64,000 nt of DNA from Schizochytrium sp. TIO01 (Eukaryota > Protista > Bigyra: Labyrinthulomycetes). The stretch spans positions 992,001 to 1,056,000 of the forward strand of contig SMSO01000034.1 in the NCBI GenBank assembly GCA_004764695.1. Direction: 5' to 3'. The notes under the pieces are model-generated. The model worked only from the letters and a program-made list of their open reading frames with translations, did not search any database and had not been told where the DNA came from. The translations under genes were made by a program, and so were the position numbers. Below are positions 22,946 through 35,703 of the stretch, one piece after another (positions within the stretch are counted from its first letter, which is position 1; each line of letters begins with the position of its first letter).

Positions 22946-24220
22946 TTAAAGAGCCAACAAAACCAAGGTGCACAAGGCAAGAACTAGGGAGAACGGGCGC
23001 AACGACGAAGCCTGCGAAGGACTATCCAGCAGAGCACGTCCATTACTTTCATAAATAGTATCCCCAATTTCATACATAAAGCCTGTAGTTTCATTCCAGA
23101 GATCAACTGGGCTTGCAGTTGGAATGATAGAACTTGCTACAGTAGGGCTTGCTGACGGAGCACGTGATGGTGAGACGGTGTTGAAGGATTTGGAGTCAGC
23201 TTCCGCGGTTGTGTTGTAAAACTGAAGAAATGAGCTTGTGCCGCATACATTCTCAACCTTTTTCGTAACCCAAGATTGGAATGCAGAAACACGAGTGTAA
23301 ACATCAGGATAAGTAGGTTCTGTGTCTGCACATTCAATGCCCCAGGACACAAGACCTACCACAACTTCCTCGGAATTACGAGTAGCGATCAGCGGACCAC
23401 CTGAATCGCCGCTGCATGAGCCTTTGCCGGTAGACATGGCACATACCTCAACATCCATGTCTGTGGTCACACCTCCCTTTGTGTAAATGCTCTGACACTT
23501 TGTATCGGAAATAATTTGCAGAGTGACCTCGCGAAGGTCGTACTTGTCTGTCTGCTTGGCGTAAGATGTGAGTCCGTACCCAGTGACAGTAACATTCTCA
23601 CCAACTTCGAGAGACATGCCAGAGCCCGCTAAAGTGGCAGGAGTAGTAGTCTGCAGGTTCTCGTCTGTGAAGACAATAATGCCAATGTCATTGATGATAT
23701 TGGTAGAATCAAAGTCCGAATTGACAAACTTCTTGTAGTAGCTGCTGAGATAATAAGCATCCGAATCACTTCCCAAGTCGTTGAGATTATCGAGGTCAAA
23801 GAATGCATATGCCTTGCTGATCGAGTTGGCTAAGCAGTGTGCAGCAGTAACTACAAAGTGGTATCCGTTGGCGCTACCCACGTAGTTGCCGCCACAGAGG
23901 TACTCCTTATAGGATTTTCCAGATGCCACATAAGTAATGAGTGCAACCATCCACGACCGGTCTGACGGGTCAGCAAGGGTGCCTCCAATGATTCTTGCGC
24001 TCACTGAAGCCTTCGCTCTAGCGAGAAAGTCTGTCTCATTCGTAGACCCATCAACCTCCTCTTCCTCCAGAACTCTGAAAGCGGCCCTGTCTTCCTGAGC
24101 TTTGCTCCACGCATCAGCTATCCTGGAATCAATCTGTGCTTCACTCAGCTCCGCCTTTGCGACCGCGAAGGTCGCTACAAGCACGGCAGCGACCACAGAG
24201 CTTGCCCATGAGGCCCTCAT
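22946..24220 (-). CDS. S1A serine protease, array copy 2; G189/D226
   Basis: Signal peptide, R-IIGG, TAAHC, NDIGII, KGSCSGDSGGP, YPDVYTRV, S/T/P stalk, hydrophobic tail. Confidence 0.93.
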   Translation of the reverse strand: MRASWASSVVAAVLVATFAVAKAELSEAQIDSRIADAWSKAQEDRAAFRVLEEEEVDGSTNETDFLARAKASVSARIIGGTLADPSDRSWMVALITYVASGKSYKEYLCGGNYVGSANGYHFVVTAAHCLANSISKAYAFFDLDNLNDLGSDSDAYYLSSYYKKFVNSDFDSTNIINDIGIIVFTDENLQTTTPATLAGSGMSLEVGENVTVTGYGLTSYAKQTDKYDLREVTLQIISDTKCQSIYTKGGVTTDMDVEVCAMSTGKGSCSGDSGGPLIATRNSEEVVVGLVSWGIECADTEPTYPDVYTRVSAFQSWVTKKVENVCGTSSFLQFYNTTAEADSKSFNTVSPSRAPSASPTVASSIIPTASPVDLWNETTGFMYEIGDTIYESNGRALLDSPSQASSLRPFSLVLALCTLVLLAL

Positions 24221-25534
24221 CTTCCTTTCCTGTCCGCGCTGTTATCACCGTTGGCGCTCGAAGAAGCCAACTTAATTTATCAGGGTTTGTTTGCTGACGT
24301 CGCGGAGGTCTTCGATGCGGTCTTCGACGCCACCTTCGCGCCGCCACCTTCGTGCCACCACCACGTTTCGGTTCTGCTGGCAGCTAGCCGTATTGCCTCG
24401 ACGCCCACTCCATCAATCAATCATGGCTCGGTAATCTTGGAACGAATTAAATGAACAAGTTTACAAACAACAGCTTTTCTTAGTTAACATCTTTGCTTTG
24501 CGAAAGAAAGTACATAAAAAGGAAGAAAACAAAAAGAAATAGAACCTCGTGGAGGGACCAGCTCGCCTGCCAAACGCAGCAATGGTGCAGCAGACCCACC
24601 AAGACATTCTCAGGAAGCACCGAGGACAGCGATGACAGTCTCGAATGGACAGGCTCTGGGACCTCACAAACAAAGGCTTCCTTCCTCCTGTGAGGTGAAC
24701 TGTCGAAGTCGAAAACAGTGAAAAAGGGGCGTCGAATGAACGTTCTAATATTGTTGTTTCCTGTTTCTTAAGCGAGAACTTCGATTTTCTCCGTCTTCAG
24801 CAGACCTTCAAGAACCCGCGCCCTCGCCTGCCACGAAACCAACCGCTCGCTCACAGGGGTGGATGCGCCCGCATGCATGGATGTGCTTTGATGCGTGTCA
24901 CCCCCGCTTGCCCATGCATGCAGGAGTCTGAGACGTCTGTCTGAGGATAATGCATGCAACTCAGCGGAATGTAGTGCAACGTAATCAATTAAACTCGAGA
25001 GATGCAATGAATGCAACACACGAAAGAACCCATTTTTCTGTCGCGAAGGCCTCTCTTGCAGCGAGGAGCTCAGAGCGACGGGGTCTTCTCGTGCCGCCCA
25101 AGCCTGCGTGCGGGGTGCTCAACGACACCGGGGACTGCGCCTCCTCCTTTGGAGATCCTCGTCGGCCAGAACTTCAGCCTTCCTGCGAACCGAAACAGTT
25201 TCCGCAGCTGCTCGAACCGCGACGCCTTTGGGGATCAAGCGATCAAGCTCTTCCTCGCCATTTAGCTGCACTAGCTGGCTGGCTCAGGGCCCGCCGAAAT
25301 CACCACCATCGCCAAAACCACCCACGAGGCGGGAAAAGCTCTCGGCCTCCGCAATCGATTCTGGACCTCGGCCTCTGCTGTACAATCAAAATCAGTACAT
25401 TGTCACCGCCACAACGACCGCCACAACGACGACGATGATGATGACCGCCTGAAAACATTTATTTTTCATTTATTTTTATTTTTATTTTTATTTTTATAAA
25501 TTCTCTTCCTCTTTCCCAGAATAAAAATCAGTCT

Positions 25535-25675
25535 ATCAATATCAATATCAATATCAATATCAATATCAATATCAATATCAATATCAATATCAATATCAAT
25601 ATCAATATCAATATCAATTCATTCATTCATTCATTCGTCCATTCATTCATTCATTCATTTATTCATTCATTCATT
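25535..25675. repeat. Compound microsatellite (ATCAAT)n-(ATTC)n
   Basis: About 14 ATCAAT units directly followed by an imperfect ATTC run. Confidence 0.96.
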
Positions 25676-26916
25676 TATACCTATGTTTGTTTCAAAGTTG
25701 GCATTGGAGAGACGAAGAAGAAAGGAGCAGAAAACTCGAAGAGAACACCAAAAAGAAATTAAAAACAACAATCTAAAAAGCTGCCAAAAACAAAATCTCG
25801 CGAGCGTCAGAAACTGCCCAACAGCAGCAACACCAAATCCGACCAAAGCTTCGACACCCTTCTTCGATCGCTCACAACCTCAGGCACAAGTGGTCGTCCA
25901 ACGCCAGGCACCACCTAGATCTCGGCCATCCCCGCCGCCCCATTCCTCAGTTTCTTGCAAGGCAATCAATCAATTGCCTCTTCTTCACGTTCGAGTGCGT
26001 AATGCAATGCAATGCAATGTACTGACTGAGTCACTGATCGAGTGATGGACTGCTTTGGCTTCTTCTGCCACCTACAATGAATGACTTCAACCTTCGTCCA
26101 ACTTGCCAACGACTTTTGTAAACTTGCCTCCCATCAGACCAGCGATTGCTTCGATGTGGAATTTTGGCGACGGCTGTGATAGTACCTAAGGAAGCACCTC
26201 CGTAGTCGTAAATTCATTCGCTCAATTTGTACGGCTCCGAGAGAGAGGGCGCACTGGCCAGCTCGCTAGGGGCTCCGCTAGGCCAAACTCTAGCTCACGT
26301 CTCAGAATCGCTCCGGCGATGATGGGAGGAATAATAATGACATGACCAATTGACAAATTGACAAATGAATAAATAAATAAATGCCTACGAATTAAGAGTT
26401 CGCTTTCGCCTTTGACGGCTCTGAGGCCTTTGCTGCGTAGGCAGGCAGGGGCGACGACACAGACTGATCCGACCCGGGAGCGAGGGAGAGCTAGCTAGTT
26501 CTTCTTCGCTGCCAGGAAAAGAAGCTTTGCCGGAGGAAAACGACAAAGCAAAGAAAAGGAAGGAGCCGCAGAAAAGGAGCCGCCATATTTGTTTAGTGAG
26601 GCGAAAAGTGCGACGAATGGAGAGCGAGTACATACATGCATACTTACTTACTAAGCTACTTACTCACTTATGGAGGCACTTAAAGGGCGTCACGAGCAGG
26701 ATGGAAAACTTGACAGTGCAAGGTACCTTAAGTGCCTGCAATACCTAGCAATAGCGAGTAGGGATGACAAGACAAGGTCGAAACTGCTGCGTAGGTGATA
26801 GCTAGGTAAAGTAGCCAGCTAGCCAGGCAGTACGGTCCAGAAGCGAAATGGTGAAGGAGCTCCTGAGGTTTCTAGGCGAGGAATTAGCTACTGATTTGGT
26901 GAATCTCTTGGATACC

Positions 26917-26945
26917 TAGGTAGGTAGGTAGGTAGGTAGGTAGGT
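26917..26945. repeat. (TAGG)n microsatellite
   Basis: About 7 TAGG units, read directly. Confidence 0.93.
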
Positions 26946-28536
26946 TGGTGGGTAGGCCAGGTACCTATGACTTTATCAATACTTTTCGATACTATAGCAT
27001 GTACGAATGCTTCATTGTGAGAATAAAAGGTGCCTGGCTGATCATGCCATGGTGTGAACGAGCAACATGAAGCAAGTTGGAAAATAGAATTACGTATTTA
27101 GGACTGTTGGCCGTGGACCAAATAAAAGTAAGACACGAATAAATTGCAGCGATGCCGCAACAGCCAGATTTCCAGCATCTTGTCTCCAGATACCTTTATG
27201 CGATTGTTTTGAAATATACATGCATTATTTATATCTACTTCATCGCGAGTATGAGTGACTTCGCAGTCAAGTCACACAACAAGGTACCTACCTACTACTA
27301 GTCGCTCATTCTCTGATTTAGCACGTGTCTGCTTCTTTTCACAAGTGGATTTGTATTCCTCTATTTGCCCTAAAATCTTTCAGCATTTCTTCCACTAATT
27401 AATCTGCGGAGACTTTACTTACGTCATACAGGTCCAGGACCGCTGGTAGCTGGCCGGATCCTAGAATGGTCTGTAGTTCTGATCTCTTACATTATGTTCT
27501 TCTTTCAGAGCTTCAAGTTCAAGGATGACAAAAATAAATGCAGCAGAGATACTCATAGATAGCGCTTCATGAGAATAAAAAAGCAGTGTACAAAATCCTC
27601 CCTATAATACAGGGCTTGCACATTCCGTCGTACTTGCACTGCGGCAATGCTATACTCTAAAATTTGGGATTTGGCAGTTATCTATCAATCAAACCAACTT
27701 TCCTGAAGGACGCCATGGCCAACATCAAGAACGTGGCACATGAAACATGGTCAGGTATGCGCAAACGCGGCTGCACTTCACCAAAATTACCGACTTAACT
27801 GCTATGTGATGGACCCAGACCAGGTGGTTTGAATGATCTACTGCGGCATGGTTGAGGTTGATGTAAGCAACAAAATAGTCGCAAATTACAAAATATCATT
27901 TCATCGAGCATTTGTATTCGCAAATTCCGACCAAAAAAAACATATAAAGCCCTATTTTAAGTTTACTTATTAAGGATGTATTTCTAATGAATGGATTGCA
28001 ATGGAAGCTCACCAACATCGACTGACAAGGCTTCGTGAAAGTGACAATATCTTTGAGCAAACCCCTTGCAACTATCATCAACTGCCGATCAAAATGAAAT
28101 TGTAGCGCACAATTTTAATCCATGTGACTGAGCTAGTTATCCCTTGAAGATCAATTAATGCAGCCTAACATATACTATCCAGGATGATTGAAGTTCAAAA
28201 GATGATTTTCTTATAGTAAAATTATCAAACCAGCAAAAGCAACATCTTCTTGACTCCTATTGTTACGAATACCTGCTAAACAGTAGAATTCTTAACATAC
28301 CACATTGTTGTTTGAAGATACCATCTGAAAATCATCACGTGCAAACAGATGCTCCTCAGTTTGCTTTTAAAATATTGCGAAATTGAAGGCGATGGCCCAA
28401 AAGTCATTTTACTTCAGGTAAACACCATACGATGAACTGCTATCGCAATCATCCTGGAAACGAGAAGCGCGTACTTTCCTACATCTTAATGCAGTTCCTA
28501 TATCGAGAGTAACCTGTAGACAAATTACAAAAGACT

Positions 28537-29907
28537 TTATGCCAAAACGAGCATAGTCAGAGTTGCCAAAACAGTAGACAGCATGATTGACACAGCACTT
28601 GCCATTGGGGCAGAAGACGGGCTTCCTGTGACGACCCCGGCATCGTTTGAATCCTTCTCCGTATTGGCAGAGGTACTATCAGAGCCGCTTGAGCTCGAAG
28701 AAGTGAAGTTCGAGGACGTTGGGCTGAGAGTAGAGTCCCATGTAGTTCCATCTGTCTCATTTGCTCCCGAGGTAGAGTTCTCGAAGGAGAAGCTGGTTGG
28801 AGCGCTCGTACCATTGGCGTAAGTGTTGTTTGAAAATGACTCTGGGGTGTCTTGTCCATCAACATAGAACTGCAAAAAGTCACTATCGCCAATCACAAGC
28901 TCTACGGAATAACGAAGCCAATCCTCAAAATAGGATACACGAGTGTAAACGTCTGGGTACATTGGCGCTGAGTCTGCACATTCAACGCCCCAGGAAACAA
29001 GGCCAATCACAATCTCTTCGGAATTGCGCGAAGCAATTAGAGGACCACCAGAATCGCCACTGCAGGAGCCTTTATCTTGGCTCATGGCGCAAATCTCTAC
29101 ATCCATGTCCATAAACACACCCACGGAAGTAAAGATATTTTTGCAGGTACTATCAGCCATCAGCTCAAGCGAAACTTCACGCAGGCTATACTCATAGTCC
29201 ACTGAAGGGGTATAATCGTCATAAGGGACGTTGTAAATTTGGTTACCATAGCCAGTAACTGTGACTACCTCACCAGCTTGAAGAGTCATGTTGGAGCTGG
29301 CAAGGATCGCTGGATCGGGGCCATTGAAATCGGAGTCAGTAAAAAAGAGCAATCCAATATCGTTTGTGTAGCTGCGCGAGCTGTAGTCCTCATGCCTCAT
29401 CTTATATTTAGCATGGCGCAGAACGTATGCATCAGAGTCAGTATTAAACGCTCCGAGGTCATCAGTGTCAAAAAACGCGTAGGCTGCGATGACTGAACCA
29501 GTAACACAGTGAGCTGCAGTCAAAATCACGTGGTATCCTCCAGCGCTGCCAATGTAGCTTCCTCCACAGAGCGCCTGGCCTCCTGATGACAACGAAAGAA
29601 GTACTGCTACCATCCAAGGACGTTTCAATGGGTCTGTGATGTAACCTCCCACAATTCTTGTGGTGGCAATATCTCTAACAAGAAATGAGATATCCTTCTC
29701 TGTAGCCGTCGCGTCTGATGAAAAGAGTTCTTCTTGGAGGCCATATACCGGAGCTCCGCTTGCCAAGACGCGGCGGGCTTTGGCCTCATACTGCAGGCCC
29801 TCTAAACCCGTGCCCACACCATTTGCATTGTCAAAGGCCATCGTCAGTCGTGCCAGAGACAGCAAAGAGAGCACGACCATAAACAGGCGCATTGTGGCAA
29901 GCACCAT
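28537..29907 (-). CDS. S1A serine protease, array copy 3; G189/D226
   Basis: Signal peptide, R-IVGG, TAAHC, NDIGLL, KGSCSGDSGGP, YPDVYTRV, Ser/Thr stalk with several NxS/T sites, hydrophobic tail. Confidence 0.93.
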   Translation of the reverse strand: MVLATMRLFMVVLSLLSLARLTMAFDNANGVGTGLEGLQYEAKARRVLASGAPVYGLQEELFSSDATATEKDISFLVRDIATTRIVGGYITDPLKRPWMVAVLLSLSSGGQALCGGSYIGSAGGYHVILTAAHCVTGSVIAAYAFFDTDDLGAFNTDSDAYVLRHAKYKMRHEDYSSRSYTNDIGLLFFTDSDFNGPDPAILASSNMTLQAGEVVTVTGYGNQIYNVPYDDYTPSVDYEYSLREVSLELMADSTCKNIFTSVGVFMDMDVEICAMSQDKGSCSGDSGGPLIASRNSEEIVIGLVSWGVECADSAPMYPDVYTRVSYFEDWLRYSVELVIGDSDFLQFYVDGQDTPESFSNNTYANGTSAPTSFSFENSTSGANETDGTTWDSTLSPTSSNFTSSSSSGSDSTSANTEKDSNDAGVVTGSPSSAPMASAVSIMLSTVLATLTMLVLA

Positions 29908-31119
29908 CGCAACACAAACTCGCTCGCGAATCCTAATAAAGCAACAGCACGTTTCTGTTCTACTGCTAGAGCTTGCATGCTGACGCCACTTCAGTGGCGC
30001 GTTTGCACGCGTGCTGTTTTTTCACTTGGTTTTCAGTAAAAAAAGGAACAAAAAACGTAAAAAAATGCACAATTTCGCTACCACTAAATTAGCAGAGGCC
30101 TAATAGCCCCTACCGTGATTGGCTTTTTAAAATCAAAATGTTTTTTACAAATTAGAAAAAAATGAACTTAAACTGTGGAAATAATATGTTTGACCCTATT
30201 GACTGCAGTACCTCATAGGTATAGGTAAATCAAGTGAGCAAGTGTCTGTCGAAGCTACTCAGTATAGGCAAAGAGAGATCTCTGATAAGCCCTGGAAAAG
30301 GTTTTGAGTGATGCATGCTTTTTCCAACAGGGATTCTAGAGAATGTACAACAGCTTCTATACATTTCTGCTAGGAACTCAATAGGAACCAAGGATTCCAA
30401 GATGGCCAGAAAAGAAAAGAAAGAACAGAAATGCAGTCTCGAAGATGAAAATGCAGAAGGGACACCAAATAAGCCACGAACGATGCCCGAAGTCGAGATC
30501 TATCTTTCTTGCAGGTGTATGTACCCTATGGATGAATACGAACAAGAGAAAAGGTGCTCATTTTGCTTTATTTACCTACTTTTTCTGTACGTGCGTCTTT
30601 TATTTATTTTATTTTATATTTGTTCAGTACAAAAAGAGCGAGCATGCAAGAGCAACTTGAAGTATCACCTCTTGTGATGCTTATGTTGCTTTAATTCATA
30701 GTTCTCATCTCCATCATAGACCAAGTGCTCGTTTGGATTGTTTCTATCGGATTTTGTTTCGGTTCATTCATGACGAGGTGTATTTACTCTACAATCATAT
30801 CGTTATTTTTCTGATCATTTATAACGTAATCTTACATCTTACATGTTTGCTCAGCGTACCAGGCGTTGGGCTGCAAGGTTAAGCTGCGAAAGAGATGTCC
30901 ACAAAAGACATAAACAGAGCTGAGCTGATTATGCATGCAAATGAATAGTCTAGAGTTTTCATTGAAGGTATCAACCTACGATGTTTTTACTAGAGTATTT
31001 ATGCAAGTAAAACAATCGTAGCGGCAGATACTAGTTACCAGTAGGTATTGATGTTGCCAACGTCAATGATGAACACACGATATTACACGGGGAGTCAGAA
31101 TATTAGCTTCTTATGTTTG

Positions 31120-32499
31120 TTATTTGAGTATCGAATCTGACAAGACAGCAAATAAGCAAACTAAGAATAGATTGATGAGCGTCCCAGATGAAGAATTAGG
31201 AGCCATTGTTGGGGCTGGAGAATTGACGGATGTAGCTTCTACAAAATCTTGCACCGTTGGAGCGGAGAGTTGAGTGGGTACCGGAGTTGAAAAGTTTTCA
31301 GTTGCCAGTGTTTCAGAGTCTCCCACAGACTCATTTCCATAGAACCGAAGAAACGAAGATGATCCAGCAATACTATAAACTGCGTCCTCAATCCAACTTT
31401 TGTAAAAAGAAATACGCGTATACACATCGGGATAGGTCGGCATTGTATCTGCGCATTGCACCCCCCAAGATACAAGTCCAACAACAACCTTTTGAGATCC
31501 CCGCGTGGCAATGAGGGGCCCACCAGAATCACCATGGCATGAACCTTTTCCTTTTGAAAATGCACACACTTCGCTTTCCATATCAGTGATTAGAGACACA
31601 TTGTGATAGATTTGTGCACAGTTGTCGTCAGGGAATATCTGCATCTCTACTTCTCGCAGCTCGTAGTCGGTATTCTCTGCTGGCGTATAATCATCTCCAG
31701 GAATGTTGTAAGCAGTGTAGCCATAGCCAATGACAGAAACGGTTTCTTGATCTTCAAGATGCAAAGAATGGTCAGCCAGGTAAGCTATCGTAGGTTCAAC
31801 ATCGATTTCATCATTGAAGATCACGATGCCAACATCATTTAAAATGTCAACTGGGTTATAGCTTTCATGAATAACCTTCGTGTGGTAGTTTATCAGCCAT
31901 ATTGTATCATTTGAGGAGACGGCATTACGGAGATTGTTAGTATTAAAAACCGCAATAGCTCGCTCGAAGGATTGTGAAATACAGTGTGCTGCCGTCAATA
32001 CAAAATGAAAACCATCGAAGCTTCCGATATAATTTGCGCCACATATATACTGTTTACCGGACGCAACTGTCACAAGCCCTCCCATCCAGCCGTACTTGTT
32101 CACATCAACAAGGTATCCGTCAATGATCTTTGGTGTGGTGGTTGCTATCTTATTAAGTTTTCCTTCATCTGCATTCTGTAGCATCCTATTTTGAAAGATA
32201 CTCAACAAATAGCTTGGGTCACTTTCATCGCTGAAAATCTCATTTCTCTCTACGTTGTCGCTATGTTTATTAATCGAAGCCGGTGTGTAGTCACCAGAAC
32301 CTTGGAACCTTGAAAGTTCCTCTGGTTCATCTGTCCCGGGTCGCACAGGTGAACTATAGTCGCTTCGACCTACAGCAGTAATTTCAGAAAGGCTTTCGCC
32401 TTGGCCTCTGAGCTCACTCGGTGCAATTGTAGTTGCGACTGCACAGCCTACTGCCAATAGAGCCACACCAACGATAACACCAGGGCGAAATCCCACCAT
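31120..32499 (-). CDS. S1A serine protease, array copy 4; G189/D226, long propeptide
   Basis: First ATG at 32499 (MVGFRPG..., signal peptide), K-IIDG, TAAHC, NDVGIV, KGSCHGDSGGP, YPDVYTRI, hydrophobic tail. Confidence 0.92.
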   Translation of the reverse strand: MVGFRPGVIVGVALLAVGCAVATTIAPSELRGQGESLSEITAVGRSDYSSPVRPGTDEPEELSRFQGSGDYTPASINKHSDNVERNEIFSDESDPSYLLSIFQNRMLQNADEGKLNKIATTTPKIIDGYLVDVNKYGWMGGLVTVASGKQYICGANYIGSFDGFHFVLTAAHCISQSFERAIAVFNTNNLRNAVSSNDTIWLINYHTKVIHESYNPVDILNDVGIVIFNDEIDVEPTIAYLADHSLHLEDQETVSVIGYGYTAYNIPGDDYTPAENTDYELREVEMQIFPDDNCAQIYHNVSLITDMESEVCAFSKGKGSCHGDSGGPLIATRGSQKVVVGLVSWGVQCADTMPTYPDVYTRISFYKSWIEDAVYSIAGSSSFLRFYGNESVGDSETLATENFSTPVPTQLSAPTVQDFVEATSVNSPAPTMAPNSSSGTLINLFLVCLFAVLSDSILK

Positions 32500-33075
32500 T
32501 TTTAACGATGCTGTACACCTTAATCCGAAGTAATCGAAGGGGATATGTTGTGCATTATTGTTCGACAATGATCATCTTCTTGGCCATGCACAATATCCTG
32601 CCAGATATTTAAACCTTGCTGGACTTGACTGTCTATATATAGCAATATTCATAAAATCAAAGGTGCGGCGACGGCTGGATCAACAATGGCTTATTTATTT
32701 TTAAAAAATTAGACTTGACTCTTTCTAATAGTGTATCTTGGAGGTTTTTCCTAATACTTTAATTAGAACCATCTTACAATGTGAAGGTGTGTACCTGGGA
32801 ATTTCAAAGAAAGGGAGAACCTTTCTTATTTCGTCGTTTCTGACAATGGAGGTAGAACTGGGATATAGCATACAAAGTTACAAAGTTGCTAGCAATAACA
32901 TAAGTAGGGCCACTATCTTTCTGAAAGGTCAGAATACCCCACTCATAACATGTGGAATATGACGTTACGAGCTGAATATGCAGCATAGTGAGTACATAAA
33001 ACAGCCAAAATCGCATGCGATTTTGTCCTGAAATACCAACGGCCGTTGTGTACCATCTTATCTCATTACATCTTT

Positions 33076-34311
33076 TCATCCATACTGGACTCGGATGTGA
33101 ATAACAATAAAGAACAACGCTAATCCTACATTTACACGACTTGAAGAACCAAGTTCTCCTGAGGAAGTCCAAAGATATGGAATGTAATCAACGGCCATTG
33201 ATGCAAATTCATCGGACTTCATAAAAATAAGATCTTCTGAATCGATAGTGCCAGAATCAAAGGTTGTCGGCTTTTCATGAAATCTTAAAAAATCAGATCT
33301 GCCAACCGTGGAGTTCACAATAGAACGTATCCATTTTTCGTGAGCAGAGACTCGACTGTATACGCTAGGAAAGTGAATTCGATCAGGACATCCATAAGTC
33401 CAAGACACTAAACCAACAACAACCTCGCTTCCATTGCGTTTGATTAATAAAGGTCCTCCCGAATCACCTCTGCATGGCCCCTTTGTATCTTTGATGGTGC
33501 AAAGCTCTGATTCTGGATCAAGGGCAACTTTTGTCTTAGAAAAGAATGACAGACATTTGTTGCTCGACATAATTCGAAGCTTCACTTGACGAAGAACATC
33601 ATCAGATGATGTTTGCAACGAAGATGTATAGCCATAACCTGCCATCATTGCAACCTCCCCACCACGAAGATGTGTTTCGGAACTGCCTAAGACTGCAGGA
33701 GCTGGAGAAGAAAAGTTGTTTTGCTTGAAAATTAGCAAACCAATGTCATTTGTGTAGTTATGTATGTTGAAGCCTGCATGTATATATTTCCTGTATAACT
33801 CGTTAAGGAAATGACCCCGTGGGGCAGAATTAAACTTTGTGAGCTGATTTGTTTTAAAAAATGCCGAAATAGATGTTTGGTTTGACTCGATACAATGTCC
33901 AGCAGTGAGTATGAAGTGAAAGCTCTCTTTACTTCCAATGTAAACTCCACCGCATACTGTTTTTGAGCCTTGCTCGGTTGGATTCATCGCAGATTGGATC
34001 AAAAGCCCAACCATGTATGGTCGAGAACTCGCAGCAACTTTGTAGCCACCTACTATGAGATCTCTTCTTGCTTGTATTGATGGGATACCAGAATGTCCTA
34101 CTCCTGACAAGTGTGCGTTTGTCATCATCCATGATGGCTTTCTTTCGTTAAGGTCATGTGTCATCAGTTCGAGATTTTGCACATTTATGCTACTATCGTT
34201 GAGCCCGTTTGTCTTGACCGCCAATTCACATAATACAATAGTGAATAATGCAAAGCGCATTGTTTGCACCATCATTTGTATCATGTCACTTCTTTTCAAC
34301 ATTGCAAACAT
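33076..34311 (-). CDS. S1A serine protease, array copy 5; divergent, T216/S226 pocket
   Basis: RRDL-IVGG, TAGHC, NDIGLL, KGPCRGDSGGP, SWTYGC, FPSVYSRV. There are several in-frame ATGs; the signal peptide fits best from 34260 (MRFALF). Confidence 0.9.
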   Translation of the reverse strand: MFAMLKRSDMIQMMVQTMRFALFTIVLCELAVKTNGLNDSSINVQNLELMTHDLNERKPSWMMTNAHLSGVGHSGIPSIQARRDLIVGGYKVAASSRPYMVGLLIQSAMNPTEQGSKTVCGGVYIGSKESFHFILTAGHCIESNQTSISAFFKTNQLTKFNSAPRGHFLNELYRKYIHAGFNIHNYTNDIGLLIFKQNNFSSPAPAVLGSSETHLRGGEVAMMAGYGYTSSLQTSSDDVLRQVKLRIMSSNKCLSFFSKTKVALDPESELCTIKDTKGPCRGDSGGPLLIKRNGSEVVVGLVSWTYGCPDRIHFPSVYSRVSAHEKWIRSIVNSTVGRSDFLRFHEKPTTFDSGTIDSEDLIFMKSDEFASMAVDYIPYLWTSSGELGSSSRVNVGLALFFIVIHIRVQYG

Positions 34312-35703
34312 CGAGAAGACGGCTCGAACCAGATTACCTGTTTTAGCTCATCTCATGCAATGTTTTGGGTTCTGAATAGCATTGGCCAACATTTCAGGAT
34401 TGTTTGGGCAGGGCACTTCCTTTTCGTTTATGATGAGGCCATTGGTATTGTACCGCACAGTTTAACTTTTTCAAGTTGAGAGACTAACAGGCAAGTATCT
34501 AACCTAAACCATATGTGTGCAAAAACTACCTACCCTCGTTCACGCTACTCCGACGCAAAATCATTACACCATGCTACGAGTCAATTATGACATACTAAGC
34601 ACACCATAATGAAGAAGTAACACAAACCATTTAAGAATATATTCCATCAATTGAGTCCGTTTCAAAGACTGAAATAAGCTGCGGCATCAGTATAACTGAG
34701 CTCCCTATGGCTGCAAACACGCCAAGGACGTCGGCGAGAGCCCCCGCGCTAACCATAATATAATGAATGACCTTCCACGTGTTGTTGTTTTTTTGCTCTT
34801 TCATTCAACTTTTTTTTCCCCTTCTTGTTCTTACCTCTCCCGACCGAGTTGAGTGATCACCAGCAGGCTCGTGATAGCCAAGAAAGACTCTGCAATATTG
34901 CTAGTGTTCGGCTCCACGCGTCCTCCTGCTGCGTCTCTCTCCGTCTCGAGCCATGCTGCAATCTCCTCAAACCAAGTTTCTGTGAGATTTGGTTCTTCGC
35001 CCAATTGATTTCATTCGACTTCTACGAAAGGAAGATGAAATGTAGGTAGTGGGCTTAGTGGGTAAATAGTATGTACGAATCGCAGTTCTCTTTGCGTTAT
35101 CGCTACGTTCATCATTGAAGCCGGCGTGTAATCAATCACCAGAACCTTGGGACCTTGAAAAATCTAGTTCTACCCCAGCGCGTGTGCTTTGACTTGAGTT
35201 TTCACCTCCGTAAAAAGATTGAGGAGTAGGTAGCCTCTCGCGAAAAAGGTAAGTGATCTGAGTCTAACTCTACAGTCTAAATACTTGTGCACCCAGAAGA
35301 GAATGCCACAGGAGTCGCAGTTGCTCAGTAGGAGTAAATAAATTAAATTTTGCGATTTCCATTTCTTGATGGCACATATTCTTATTTATAATCTAGCTTT
35401 AACTAGTTAGATATTTTAGATATTACGACGCTTTGTGAGTATCGAAAAGCAAATATTATCGTAAAGAGAGCACTAGCCTACGGTTATTTTGAAACCACAT
35501 AGTCATTTCTCTCCACTATTCTAAAAACAAGAACTAGGTCTATATTTGAATATTTGAGACATATGCAATGGAAATTATTCAACCATTAAATTTGAGAATT
35601 AGCTCTGAGATCTCTTATGTAGTCAAACAGCAACGAAAAGAATATGATAGATTCATTTTAAAATATCGAAACAACGGGAAACACACATCTGGCAACCTCT
35701 TTA

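Noticed and set aside
26917-26945. (TAGG)n as an interstitial telomere
   Set aside because: Short tetranucleotide run like the many other TAGG/TAGC/GATC microsatellites in the spacers, and not a TTAGGG-type repeat.
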